Source: Octopus bimaculoides (taxonomy: Eukaryota). Taken from it: a stretch of 64,000 nucleotides of DNA. Position 1 is the first letter of the stretch. Every line of letters begins with the position of its first letter. The stretch is taken from positions 47,120,423 through 47,184,422 of the forward strand of contig NC_068984.1 in NCBI RefSeq assembly GCF_001194135.2. The letters run 5' to 3'. The translations under genes were made by a program, and so were the position numbers. Shown here piece after piece: positions 26,599 through 39,842 of this stretch. Below the pieces are notes generated by a model. It saw only the letters and a list, made by a program, of their open reading frames with translations, made no database searches and was not told the DNA's origin.

Positions 26599-27700
26599 NN
26601 NNNNNNNNNNNNNNNNNNNNNNNNNNNNNNNNNNNNNNNNNNNNNNNNNNNNNNNNNNNNNNNNNNNNNNNNNNNNNNNNNNNNNNNNNNNNNNNNNNNN
26701 NNNNNNNNNNNNNNNNNNNNNNNNNNNNNNNNNNNNNNNNNNNNNNNNNNNNNNNNNNNNNNNNNNNNNNNNNNNNNNNNNNNNNNNNNNNNNNNNNNNN
26801 NNNNNNNNNNNNNNNNNNNNNNNNNNNNNNATATAAATCTGTGTTGCATCTAGATAACCAGTGTAATGTACTGTCTGAGAACTAATGATTTAGCATAACG
26901 TAAACGATATAGCTTCTAAGTAGAAAATAGTATCTGATTAAACAATTTAGAATAATGACATAAGAAAATTTTCCAGTATTTCATTTTAAACAAATGCCTG
27001 AAGAGAATATAGTTTTGTGCAGGCTACCAACCTTAAGTTGCTAGATCAACAAATAGAGTGAACTAATTTAAATTATTATTATAATGAAGAGATAAGCGAT
27101 ATAAACTAGTGAAAATTCTTGTCAAGATTGGCTGAGGCACGATCTCTGAAATTCAAATTAGTGAATAACTGTATTAGAACCTTCGTTCAATTGAGAGTGC
27201 CAAGATTCGTAGGTGTGTTGTTCTTAATCTATTACGATTAACACCCCCACGGTATATGCATAAACCTTTCTCAGATTTAGGTCCCGCTATCTTCATTGAG
27301 ATATTGAATAATGACTTTCTTTTCTTCCCACCGGTCACTGGTGTCCGAATGGCTATCTACTTATACAGTAATTGGTTGGTATCTCATATTCCAACCATTG
27401 TAATTTATCGTTTAGCTCATGATCAGGGACTGGTTCCTATGGAAGCAAGAGAATTTCTAAACTCCAGTGAGTCAGACACACTCTAATTACAATGTCATGT
27501 CTACTACAATGATCAATATCAGAGTTAACTCAAGAAACTATATTCTAGATTAATTTCGTATAAGATGTAAGCATTTATGAAAATACAAGAGTCATCTTTG
27601 GCTGTTTAGTCTGGTGTTTGCAATTATATAGTGTTGTACCTTGTATATTCAAAATATAAGGAACTAAATCTTAAGACCATTTCAGATAGATAAATCAAAA

Positions 27701-27907
27701 GGCGGTGAGCTGGCAGAATCGTTAGCATGCCGGGCGAAATGCTTACCGATATTTCGTCTGCTGCTACTTTCTGAGTTCAAATTCCACTGAAGTTGGCTTT
27801 GCCTTTCATACTTTTGGAGATAATTTAAGTACCAGTTGAGTACTGTGATCGATGTAATCGACTTGCCCCTTCCCCAAAAATTTCAGGCCTTGTGTATAGT
27901 AGAAATG
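27701..27907 (+). mobile_element. SINE family 1, full length, 18-bp TSD
   Basis: ggcggtgagctggcagaatcgttagc (A box) ... gagttcaaattcc (B box) ... aaatttcaggccttgtgtatagtagaaa. Flanks are atttcagatagataaatc (27679-27696) and atttcagatacataaatc (27908-27925). Confidence 0.92.
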
Positions 27908-28320
27908 ATTTCAGATACATAAATCTGGAGCCTATAGAAAATATAATACATTACTGATAATGAAAAGTATAAGGCTAAATGATTATTGACAAAGAAATAG
28001 AGAGATTGATAAACGTATTAGAAATAGAGCGATTAACAAAGTTATAACAAAATGGAAGTGATTGATATATTAAGTGAAGATTGTTTTTTTTTTCCTAAGA
28101 AAGTTACATAGAGCATCAGAATTTCTTTAATGTATATCTCTGAATATTTTATTAATGTAACGATATTTTAAATTTTGATTTAGCATTGTCCTGTATATGT
28201 TTACTTCTTGATGGTTTTCTTCTTACATGTATTTTCAATTATGTAGGGAAAATTTGCTATTATTAACAGTATATTTCTTATATCATGTCTCATAACGTGA
28301 ATATTATTTCCAGAAACAAA

Positions 28321-29195
28321 GTGGCGAGCAGGCAGAGTGGTTAGTATGCTAGGCAAAATGCTTAGCAACATTTCGTTTGCCTTTACGTTCTGAGCTCAAA
28401 ATCCTAAGAAGTCGACTTTGCTTTTCATTCTTTCAGGGTCGATAAAATAACAATCAGTTAAATACTGGGTCGATGTAATCGACTTCCCTAGCCCTGTGCC
28501 AAAATTTGAAACAAATATTATCACCCGAAACAGCTTACTCGGCGAGCAAACAACATCATTAGTGAGACAATGCTTAGTAAGTTTTTTTTTTCCGGTCCTT
28601 TGAGTTCTCTCTTCATATTCGTCAAAGTCCTTACCTTTCTTCGTCTAAGAGATGATAAAATATCTACCAACTAAACATTGGCGTGTAACCGACTTCTCCT
28701 TCCCTACAATTGTTGGCCTTGTGTCAACATTTTAAAACATTATAAGCTTAAACAACTGTGAAGTGGCAAGTATGTGGCGAGCTAGCAGAACGTTAGTGTA
28801 TCGGCCATAGTATATAGTTGCGTTTCTTCCGGCTCTCTACATTTTGAGTTCCTTTGCCTTTCATTCCTTCGGAGTCGATAAAATGAGTATCCAGTTGGGT
28901 ACTAGGGTCAATATAATCAACTAGCCCCAACCCAACGCAAATTTCAAGCCTTGAGCCTATAGTGGAAAGAACTATTATTATGACCTGGTAAATTCGTTAG
29001 CACACCGCACAAATGAGATTATTTGCAAGCCATCCGATTCTTTATGATCTGAGTTCAAATGCTACCGACGTCTGCTTTGCCTTTTATCCATTCGGGTTGG
29101 GGAGTCAATAAAATAGGTATCAGCTGAACGTCAGTTGAATAATCGACGAGTCCCCTCTTAAAATTACAGATATTGTGCCTTTGGTAGAATTTGTT
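28321..29195 (+). mobile_element. Cluster of four same-orientation, diverged SINE family 1 copies
   Basis: Units at about 28321-28515, 28541-28740, 28774-28975 and 28985-29195. Each carries recognisable tggcgagc..gcaga, ctttgcctttcatcc, gataaaat and gtaatcgact/gccttgtgcc blocks at differing levels of decay. Confidence 0.8.
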
Positions 29196-29519
29196 ATAAT
29201 TTTCGAGGAAAATTTCGGTAAATTAGAGAATTATTATGAATCATTTTTATGAAATGGTTGCAACTTCCATCAGCATTTTTGTAACAAATTACGTCAAGGA
29301 ATCCTTTCAGTTGCAATTTATGAATATCAATTATAGTTTTATTGTCAATCGGAAGAAAGGAAAAAGAATTCCGCTAAAATTTGCTCTGGGTGAGAAAATA
29401 TCTTATTATAACACAGTGTTTGCTAGTTTTTGCCAAATTGCTAATTACAAATATTCTACTACTAATAGTTTCATATCTATGAATGTAAATTTCTTACATG
29501 GACGGAACGTCATAAATTT

Positions 29520-29700
29520 GGTAGCAGGAGGGTATTTGATTTCATCAACTTCAGTACCTGAATGGAACTTTATTTTACCTAGAACATGGAAAGTAGATCT
29601 AACCTCAGCAGGATTTCAACTGATTTCGCAGAGAAGCAGAGCCAACAACGGAAAGCAATTTTCTTTCCCACCCTGGCAAATCCGTCAACTCACTGCCCTT
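29520..29700 (-). mobile_element. Decayed antisense SINE family 1 copy
   Basis: acctcagcaggatttcaact...aagcaattt...ccgtcaactcactgccct aligns by eye with acctcggcggaatttgaact...aagcatttc...ctgccagttcgctgcct at 11770-11861. Confidence 0.55.
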
Positions 29701-31419
29701 ATCTTTCGTATCGATATTGATACGTTGTTATTACAATCAACATAAGATCAATTATAATATTTCTGCTATAAGCTACTGAAACATTTCTATGTTTGTGTTG
29801 TAGATCAACGGAATCACTTTGCCTAAAAAGTCAATTACATTACCAAGCGATATTGAAGTGGAAGATCAGTGGAAAGTGGTGTCGTCTATGAAAAGACAAA
29901 ATGAAAGAAGGAAAAGCGTTGAAAGATTTGTCTCTTCGATACTGCTTTAAATTTGAAAATTGGTGGATGAGTAATGATGGATTTTGCATTGATGATGATG
30001 ATGGTTGCACTGGTAATTGCTAGGCTGGAAGTAGCGATGATACGGAGAGCGGTTGACTCTACGTTGTAACTATTTATTGTTTTAAATGCAATGGTTTCCA
30101 ATTGTTTCGACTATGATTAGAATGTGTACCTCTTTAGAATGATTTTCTTTCAACGATTTCTTGAAACAAACAATAATCGGTCATTGCCGAGAATTGAATA
30201 TGATTGTCTATTGAAGTGGACAGCAGGACTTGATTTCTTTGAACATGACAGCCATTGTTGCAGTGACAATATCCATACGCTACACAGCACTTCTTTGATA
30301 AAAGGATGTTCAGTTTCCAATGTATTTGGTATTTTCGCAGTAATAGAAAATTCTTACTTTTTTATCAATTGCGTTGTATTTGAATTACTATTTATTGGCA
30401 AATCTCTTTTTTCTGAGGCATGAGTTAAATCCGTGTAGACTAACTGTTCTTTAACAATTTAAAATGTGAGCTTCAGCGACATGCTACAAATAGCCATCGA
30501 ATTCTTACAAATCTCACCCTCGGTCTTAAAAAAAACAGACAAAATACTGGACTACGAATTTTTGAGTGCACCAAAATACGGGTGGTAATGACTGTAAAAT
30601 ATTTAAACATAGAACTGCTTATCCATGGCTTACACGAGTGTTTAACTTTTTTATTTCCATAGATCACAAGCCAAGGATTTTCCTTGAATCTGTGTGTACT
30701 CATCTTAAACGTGAATCTTTGCCTAATCTGTTTCCATAGGCAGATATTCTTAGAGATTCAGTGGAGGTAACTTGTACTGAAAACGTAGCTCATAGGAGAA
30801 TGATATAATAAATTTTGCTATTTTTTTGTTTTGATTGCTTAGGAATATCAAAAATCCAAGCTAAATTTTATTACAAGCTTTCTCCTAAAAACATTCTGTT
30901 ATGGGAATGATAATTTTTCATTGCAGCAAATATATCGCATCATTACTTGTTGTACGTGTGTATGTATGTGTATGTATGAATGCATGTATATATGGATGTN
31001 NNNNNNNNNNNNNNNNNNNNNNNNNNNNNNNNNNNNNNNNNNNNNNNNNNNNNNNNNNNNNNNNNNNNNNNNNNNNNNNNNNNNNNNNNNNNNNNNNNNN
31101 NNNNNNNNNNNNNNNNNNNNNNNNNNNNNNNNNNNNNNNNNNNNNNNNNNNNNNNNNNNNNNNNNNNNNNNNNNNNNNNNNNNNNNNNNNNNNNNNNNNN
31201 NNNNNNNNNNNNNNNNNNNNNNNNNNNNNNNNNNNNNNNNNNNNNNNNNNNNNNNNNNNNNNNNNNNNNNNNNNNNNNNNNNNNNNNNNNNNNNNNNNNN
31301 NNNNNNNNNNNNNNNNNNNNNNNNNNNNNNNNNNNNNNNNNNNNNNNNNNNNNNNNNNNNNNNNNNNNNNNNNNNNNNNNNNNNNNNNNNNNNNNNNNNN
31401 NNNNNNNNNNNNNNNNNNN

Positions 31420-31480
<61 letters not shown>

Positions 31481-31490
31481 CATATATACA

Positions 31491-31522
<32 letters not shown>

Positions 31523-34059
31523 CGCACACACATATAATTGCATTTTACACACTGTTTCAACAAAGAATCTCCGCTTTCGCAAATTCAATAGCTCATCCGC
31601 TTGATTGATAGAAAGTGGAGATTCTTTGGAAAAGAAATGTATTTGTAAGGAACAGTTATTTCTTCTGCAGATAACTTTGACTCGTATAGAGTATTGCCTG
31701 GATTTCAGGTCCCTTTGATCTTTGATTCATGAACTTTCTGACATATCTTACACATAAACACTCACATTCTCACATGCACACATACACAGACACACGCCGC
31801 ACACATACACACGCACACATAGTTACATATACACAAACAGTTTTACAAATCTTTACAAAAGTATCAATGCTGGACAGTCGTGTTTATATTGCTAAAAGCA
31901 TATCATATTTTACTTACTCAGTATTATCCACTTTCATGATACAGTTGTGCTAAAACCAAAGAGTAGTGGGAGAAACAAAATTAATTACACACAATTATCA
32001 TATAAAAGAATTAAATGTCCCCTAAGCTCTACAAGCTATAACTGTATAGATAACAAATATATTCTTGATATATTCATCTTTTATACTTTAAAAGCTGAGA
32101 ATTGTTGGGAATTGCTGAGCCCTGTGCTTGAACGTGAGTTGTATTTAGTTACTTCGATCAATTATTCATAAATGCACTCCGTCCACAGGCTATGGTCTTG
32201 TCTCATACATTTCTACAGTTGTGGTCTGAACGGAGAGACAGAAACTGAAAAATTAAAACGTTAGACTACAACGATTTGCAGCAGTTGTTTTGTTCTTCAA
32301 TATGTATTATATTCGATTAAGGAAATTTGCCTTTGCCAATTTTTAAGAACCAATCAGAAATGAGATTCTATATAATTAATAGAAGTTTCATTCAATACAT
32401 TACCTGTATAAATTCAAAAAACAGTTGCTAATTAGAGCATTAGTGTTATGCGGAGAAGAAGTAGAGTGTGGTCTTTACCTTTCAATATTTAACATCATTA
32501 ACCAAATTCCAGCAGACTGGATGTACATTTCGCTCTTTCAGGTTCAATAAAATATATGTCAGTTATGTTTTGTTATTGATTCCAGTAGGTGAACGAATCA
32601 GCAAAATGTTTCTTTGCTGTTAATTTAAGAAATCATAATTAGCAATTGTACTGCTGAATAATTGGTCTTTGAATTCTCTTGTAATACATAACCCCAAGAG
32701 TGATATCTCAATTTATAGCAGCTGTAATGTACGCAACTTATGCAGCCATCTGTGGAGAACACAATGTTTTTTTTTTTTTACGGCGTGATTTGAAACATAC
32801 ATTTAAATATCTATATTTAACGCCTGATATCTTTTGCTACAGTATATATAAGATTTTTAGTCTCCTTGAAATTAGATCGTGTTGTTCAAAATAGCAATAA
32901 TATATAACATACTAAACTTCTGTCCTTGTTAGGTAAGGAAAATACTTTTCTCTCAAGAGACATTATATTTCTGGAAAAGTGGATATATTTAACAGAAATA
33001 TAAGACATTATAGATCCTGACATAGTCAAGTCTAATATACTTCAATCAGTAAGTAGGCTTCATATTAACATTATGCCTCCTAGTTCCATGTTATTCGTGC
33101 AGATTTGCAGAAATACCTTACTTCCATCAGTGATACACAATATAGGAATTAATCTTGATCTTCCTACGCACGCTCCAAAGAAGCCTGGTATGTATTTTAG
33201 AAAATTGATAGAATGAGCTTAGAATGGAGTGCAAATTTGTGAAAAATTGCCATTCTTCAACCATTAGAACATTGCGGCATATAATGGACATTTAAGAATT
33301 TTACTTAAGCTTATCTCGATACATTTAACGCAAAAGGACACTTCTACTTACCTCTTCAATTTGCTATTATGTCTAATTCCCAGATGTTTTACATTTTTTA
33401 CCTCAAACATCTCCAAGTTGTTTTATATGTGTGTGCGCGTGCGTGTGTATATGTGTTTGTGCGCGCGTGTGTGTGTGTGTGTGTGTGCGTGCGTGCAGTC
33501 TGTATTATATATGAACGAGTCTATTGTTATTAAGCTAAATAGTTACTCAACATTTTACGGATAAATTTCTTGAAGAATTTTGATTTTTACGGTGAAATTA
33601 TGCAGCTTGACATCAGAAACCATTTACGCTGTATGACTACCACAAATTTTTAGGCGTTTTCAGCGCTAATATTAAAACTTCTCTTGCACATTTGAAACCT
33701 ACTTTCTAATGATTACGGTAATTACATGAATAAATTGGCTTGCAAATTCATGTAATGGACACCAAGCTTTGGGGTGCAAATTGGCTACAGCTGTTTCACG
33801 CTTCGGCCGAAGAAAACACATTTATCTCTACACGTATTCTTCTTTATGACTAATGTAGTTATTGTGGAAGCAACTATTTATGCATGCATTCGTCTATGCC
33901 AGGTGAGTATTTATACTAAATGTAGGTAAATGTTTCGTTGTGTACTTGTCTGTATTCAGGAAGAAATAATATTTTAGAGATTTCAATACAAATAGTCATT
34001 TCAAGTTTTGTTCCATGAATAAGTGTTGGACAGCTTCTTCCCTTTCCTTATTTATATAT

Positions 34060-34518
34060 GTGGCATTGTTTTGTGGTAAGAAGCTTGCTTACCAAGAACA
34101 TGGTTCTGAGTTTAGTCCCACTGCGGAGCAATTTAGGCACGTAAGTGTCTTCTCCTCTAGCTCCTGGGTGACTAAAACCATGTGAGTGGATTTGTCAGAC
34201 GGAAACTGAAAGAAGCCTGTCGTAGATATATACACATATATATATATATATATGTGTGTATGTGTGTGTGTGCATGTATGTGTGTGCGTGTGTGTGTATG
34301 TGAATGAGTGTGTGCGTGTATGTATGTATGTTTATGTGTGTCTTTGTTTCTCTGTCTGTTCTCCCCGCCATCGCTTGACAACCGATGTTGGTGTTTTTAT
34401 GTCCCCGTAACTTAGCAGTTCAGCAAATGATACCCATAGAATAAGTACTAAAACACTTGAAGGAGGTGCACCAGCATGACCGCCGTCAAATAAAGGAAAC
34501 TTGTGAAAGAATAAAAGA
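34060..34518 (+). mobile_element. SINE family 2: tRNA head, CORE-like domain, internal microsatellite and 3' tail
   Basis: tgtggtaagaagcttgct...ggttctgagtttagtccc (A/B boxes), then ggcacgtaagtgtcttct...gtgagtggatttgtcagacggaaactgaaagaagcc, a (TG/TA)n tract, catcgcttgacaaccgatgttggtg and gtgcaccagcatgaccgc...gaaagaataaaaga. Confidence 0.8.
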
Positions 34519-34839
34519 AGAATACCTGTATGTCATCAAAAATTATACAGTAGATTTTTTAATGAGATTTGGCAGTTGATTCTAATAACTCAATCGACTG
34601 GTAAGACGTGGTCGCAAGCTTATAGATGAGGATATAGTAGAACGAAACAACACCCAGTGCATTTATATGAAACTATACAGGGATGAAATTATATATTGAT
34701 GCCGAACAGGATTTGAACGTATACGATGAAAGTGACGTAAATTCATTCCAGAAATGATTGTATCTAATGCTTTATTTATTCTTCTATACATCATTCAACG
34801 TATTTCTTTTAATACTCCTACAAAATTAGGTACTTTGCT

Positions 34840-36530
34840 GCTACTATTGCAACCGTTGTCGATGTGCTGGCAGGAGTGGTGGCGACAGCGGCAGAGTCCG
34901 TGATGGCCACAGCGATGATAGTTGTAGTGGTGGCAGCGACCGTTGTGATGGCATTAGTGTTAATAGCGATGCCGGTGGCGGTGCCGGTGGTAGTGATGAT
35001 GGTGTTGTTGTTGTTGTGGGTAGTGGTTTTCACAGCGATGGTCGTAACGATGTTACCCGCGATAGTAACGGTGTTTTCAGTTGATTTTTCTTCCTGCACC
35101 TGATAATTGAAACGTTCGCAGCAGTGGTGACCTTATTTAGGATGATTTCTATAGTTATAGTTACAATTCTGTCATTTCCTCGTTTTTATTATTGGTGCTG
35201 TGTTGTTGCTTTTGTACTTGTGTCAGCGGAAACTGGGCAGCATATCAGCAAGTGGTCATCAAAACGATGGTAACAATGACCATGACAGCAACGACAAACA
35301 CGAGAGAAAAAGCAACGAAAACGAAAATGAAGCGGACAACTCAGATGACAGCGACGAGGAAGAAAACAAGGAAAATGAAAAACAAAAACGACTAAAATAA
35401 AAATAATGGCAAAAATAAAAACGGGATTAATTTTGCTGCAACTAATAACACAGATACTACTGTTTGTTTTTGTTTCTCTTGTTGTAGTGATGGAGTTAGT
35501 TGATATTGCTAGCACATATGTGATGCTGCAGATAAGAGATTAGTGGACGTAATGTTATTGAAGAAAGACGGTCGATGTAGTGGTGGCAGCGACCGTCGTG
35601 AGAAAGACGGTGATGATTATAATGGGGTTATACTGATGAAGGTGATTGTCAGTATAATCATATGAAGCTGATGAGAATGATAATGACTGGTAATGATAAG
35701 AAAGAGTAATTGGAGAAGAGGAATGTGACGATAGCTATTAATCGAAAGTCGTCGATATTGATGACAACGGCAAGGACGAACGGATGATGATCATAATATC
35801 GCCATCGACGATAAAGATTACGATGACGGTGATGACGATGATGATGATGATGATGAAGGGGTGGATGTTGGTAGTGTTTGTGGGGGATGGTGAAGGTGTT
35901 GGTGGTGATTGTATTGCTGCACCTGCTGGTGTTGATGCTGACCGTAGTTTTGTGTGTATGGTGTTGCTGCTGCTGCTGTGGTTGTTATTGCTGTTGGTGG
36001 TGGTGGTGGTGGTGGTGGTGGTGGTGTGGGTGAGGGTGTGGTGGTGAGGGTGTGGTGGTGGTGAGGGTGAGGGTGGTTGTGGTGNNNNNNNNNNNNNNNN
36101 NNNNNNNNNNNNNNNNNNNNNNNNNNNNNNNNNNNNNNNNNNNNNNNNNNNNNNNNNNNNNNNNNNNNNNNNNNNNNNNNNNNNNNNNNNNNNNNNNNNN
36201 NNNNNNNNNNNNNNNNNNNNNNNNNNNNNNNNNNNNNNNNNNNNNNNNNNNNNNNNNNNNNNNNNNNNNNNNNNNNNNNNNNNNNNNNNNNNNNNNNNNN
36301 NNNNNNNNNNNNNNNNNNNNNNNNNNNNNNNNNNNNNNNNNNNNNNNNNNNNNNNNNNNNNNNNNNNNNNNNNNNNNNNNNNNNNNNNNNNNNNNNNNNN
36401 NNNNNNNNNNNNNNNNNNNNNNNNNNNNNNNNNNNNNNNNNNNNNNNNNNNNGTGGTGGTGGTGGTGGTGAGGGTGGTGGTGGCGGTGAGGGTGGTGGTG
36501 GTGGTGGTGGTGAGGGTGGCATCGGCGGCG
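34840..36530. repeat. Low-complexity decayed trinucleotide region (GGT/GAT/GAC/GTT)
   Basis: Direct reading. Gives poly-T/V/H/P/G/D ORFs in several frames on both strands. Confidence 0.85.
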
Positions 36531-38339
36531 TTGTTGATGGCGATGTTTGTATTGGAAGTAGAGAACTTGCAAGTTCTCACTTCGTCTATCCGTGAACTAG
36601 ACATTTTATAAATTGCACTAGTTCGAACGCCCGTTGAATTATTCTTCACGGCTGACGTATTTCTGCCGCATTCTTGGTCTTTACAGAATAACTACCGTGA
36701 AGTAGAAAACTACTCGAAGTCACGAATGTCTGAACTAAAACCAAAGTATTTTTTATTATTAAATCACAAACAAACTGTGAATCTAACAGAATTATTAAAT
36801 CAAATGTCTAGTTGTTACTTCGTTACTTTAGATCTATAATCACCTCTCCTTAGATCAAAATTTCAAATCTGAACGATTTGCATTGTCTGATTTTTTTATT
36901 CTTCTGAGATATCTCTTTTTCTAACTTGACTGGTTTCAGAAGCCGGAGAATCCTTGCACTGTGGTATCGGTTTTAGGAAAATCATTTAATTATATCCGTC
37001 ACGGTAAATTCCTTTGTTTTTTTTTTGTTTTGTTTTTTTTCTATCGCGAGGGAATAAGCGACAAACTTGACCCTGTTTACAAGGATGAATAGCAAAAATT
37101 CTCCAAGAAACATTCTCTCGGTGTACTGTACAATGCTCATGACACACTCAGAAACACACACAGACACAGACACAGACACACACATATAAGCATATACATT
37201 TCTGTTTGACATTATGATACAAATAACCTGGTTAGATTTCAATATGTTAGTGTGTATGAGCATATTTGTGTGTATATGCGTATACATGTATATGTATATA
37301 TGTGTGTATATGTTGGTCTGTATACAGATGTACGTATGTGTGTATGTATGTGAATGTATATATATATATATATNNNNNNNNNNNNNNNNNNNNNNNNNNN
37401 NNNNNNNNNNNNNNNNNNNNNNNNNNNNNNNNNNNNNNNNNNNNNNNNNNNNNNNNNNNNNNNNNNNNNNNNNNNNNNNNNNNNNNNNNNNNNNNNNNNN
37501 NNNNNNNNNNNNNNNNNNNNNNNNNNNNNNNNNNNNNNNNNNNNNNNNNNNNNNNNNNNNNNNNNNNNNNNNNNNNNNNNNNNNNNNNNNNNNNNNNNNN
37601 NNNNNNNNNNNNNNNNNNNNNNNNNNNNNNNNNNNNNNNNNNNNNNNNNNNNNNNNNNNNNNNNNNNNNNNNNNNNNNNNNNNNNNNNNNNNNNNNNNNN
37701 NNNNNNNNNNNNNNNNNNNNNNNNNNNNNNNNNNNNNNNNNNNNNNNNNNNNNNNNNNNNNNNNNNNNNNNNNNNNNNNNNNNNNNNNNNNNNNNNNNNN
37801 NNNNNNNNNNNNNNNNNNNNNNNNNNNNNNNNNNNNNNNNNNNNNNNNNNNNNNNNNNNNNNNNNNNNNNNNNNNNNNNNNNNNNNNNNNNNNNNNNNNN
37901 NNNNNNNNNNNNNNNNNNNNNNNNNNNNNNNNNNNNNNNNNNNNNNNNNNNNNNNNNNNNNNNNNNNNNNNNNNNNNNNNNNNNNNNNNNNNNNNNNNNN
38001 NNNNNNNNNNNNNNNNNNNNNNNNNNNNNNNNNNNNNNNNNNNNNNNNNNNNNNNNNNNNNNNNNNNNNNNNNNNNNNNNNNNNNNNNNNNNNNNNNNNN
38101 NNNNNNNNNNNNNNNNNNNNNNNNNNNNNNNNNNNNNNNNNNNNNNNNNNNNNNNNNNNNNNNNNNNNNNNNNNNNNNNNNNNNNNNNNNNNNNNNNNNN
38201 NNNNNNNNNNNNNNNNNNNNNNNNNNNNNNNNNNNNNNNNNNNNNNNNNNNNNNNNNNNNNNNNNNNNNNNNNNNNNNNNNNNNNNNNNNNNNNNNNNNN
38301 NNNNNNNNNNNNNNNNNNNNNNNNNNNNNNNNNNNATAT

Positions 38340-38570
38340 CCAAGAAAGAAAAGGATTATTGACGGGAAGCATGTGACCATGCCGGTGTAAGGGGAAGAAA
38401 GAGAGTGGTAGAGGGAGAAACAAAGGGAGGAAGTAGAAGAATAGGTGAGCAACGAGAGGAAAAGAGAAAGAGAGGAAGTACGAGGGGGGGAAAAGAGATA
38501 CGTAGAAGTAACAGAGGAAGAACGAGAGGGGTAAAGCGAGATACGTAGTAGTAAAGAGGAAGAACGAGAT
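38340..38570. repeat. Purine-rich dispersed repeat, homologous to 52397-52625
   Basis: ggattattgacgggaagcatgtgaccatgc...gcgagatacgtagtagtaaagaggaagaacga occurs at both sites with roughly a dozen substitutions. Confidence 0.92.
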
Positions 38571-38603
38571 ACACACACACACACACACACACGTACATTC
38601 TTG

Positions 38604-38790
38604 TATTCTTTCACTTTTACTTGTTTCAGCCATTTGACTGCGGCCTTGCTGGAGCACCGCCTTAAAGGCTCTTAGTCGAAGAAATCTTTGTAAGCCAAAC
38701 ACTTATTTCATCGATAGCTCTCGACAAACCGTCAGATCACGGGGACATGAAAACACACCAGGATTGCTTCTCAAGCGATGGCGACACGCT
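38604..38790 (-). mobile_element. SINE family 2, 3' half, antisense
   Basis: cttttacttgtttcagccatttgactgcggccttgctggagcaccgcc...cggggacatgaaaacacacc...tcaagcgatgg is the reverse complement of the 34370-34518 tail. Confidence 0.8.
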
Positions 38791-38836
38791 CACATAAATA
38801 CACACACAAACTCACACATATTCATATATACACATA

Positions 38837-38877
<41 letters not shown>

Positions 38878-39241
38878 GTTTATATATATAGGTGTGTGTT
38901 GTCTCTACGTATGTTTTACCTGAATATACATGTAAGTGTATGTGTGTGTGTATGTTTGCGTATACATATATTCTTACTAATAGATTTGTTCATTCTTTCT
39001 TTTCATGTGTCTATACCCATCTTTATTCACATCTTAGAATTAATCTTATTTGCATTGTGGGAGGAGCCCGTGAATTCCATCCTCCACATATATGTTTTCT
39101 CTTTATTAACGAATATATATTTAAATGTATTTGTTTTCCCAACAAAATTACACTTCATGTTTGAGATTTCACTGAGGCCTTAAGCATTGCGAGAAAGAAA
39201 TCCTGGCGTAGAAATATCTACTTAGGCTTCAGAACGAAGTA

Positions 39242-39277
<36 letters not shown>

Positions 39278-39842
39278 TTCCCGAATTTGTGTAAATGTGT
39301 CTAGAATAACATATCAGTTGAATAAAGTTACAGCAAGGTCTGGTTTTCACGTTTTTTATTATTGTATTTTTAAAAGAGTACAATATTGAGGTGTATTAAA
39401 TATTAAAAAATATTTTGTAATGTTCATAAAGTTAAATTAGAGCTTTTATACGTTCGTAGTAATCATCAGATTTCAAAATGTATTGAATGACAGCTGAGTT
39501 GAGTACTTGACAACTGTAGTAAAATGACTGACTTCTTTCTTTTTATATTTTTTAGTATGCTCTGAGAACCTGAATTTTTCGAATACACTTTTGACCAAAC
39601 AGCGTGCAACTTAAACGTCACGAATTGCTGAGGGCACCGACATTGCTGGCATAGATCCCGCCTTTATTTTAACCTATTAGCTTGCAGTTTACATGTAATG
39701 GTTTTTATGAGTGAGCAAATTTAGTTGGTTTCGATCGTTTTAATTTCACTCGGTGGAAGTCTTCTGTAATTTGCTTTTATTCATGTGCTAATGATATTTT
39801 TCAATCCACATCATTAACTGGTTATCATATTATTATCAGTAT

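Noticed and set aside
29236-29745. 169-aa ORF, the longest without gaps or simple repeats
   Set aside because: Its 3' half is a decayed antisense SINE and the rest is AT-rich with no recognisable domain; most likely a chance ORF.
35192-35515. Acidic or low-complexity ORFs (NDGNNDHDSND...DDSDEEE)
   Set aside because: Derived from decayed GAC/AAC/GAT trinucleotide repeats; open in several frames on both strands.
39445-39475. Minus-strand CTGATGA-ttactac-GAACGTA downstream of the GIY-YIG relic
   Set aside because: The position is suggestive, but GAAA is incomplete and no stems form.
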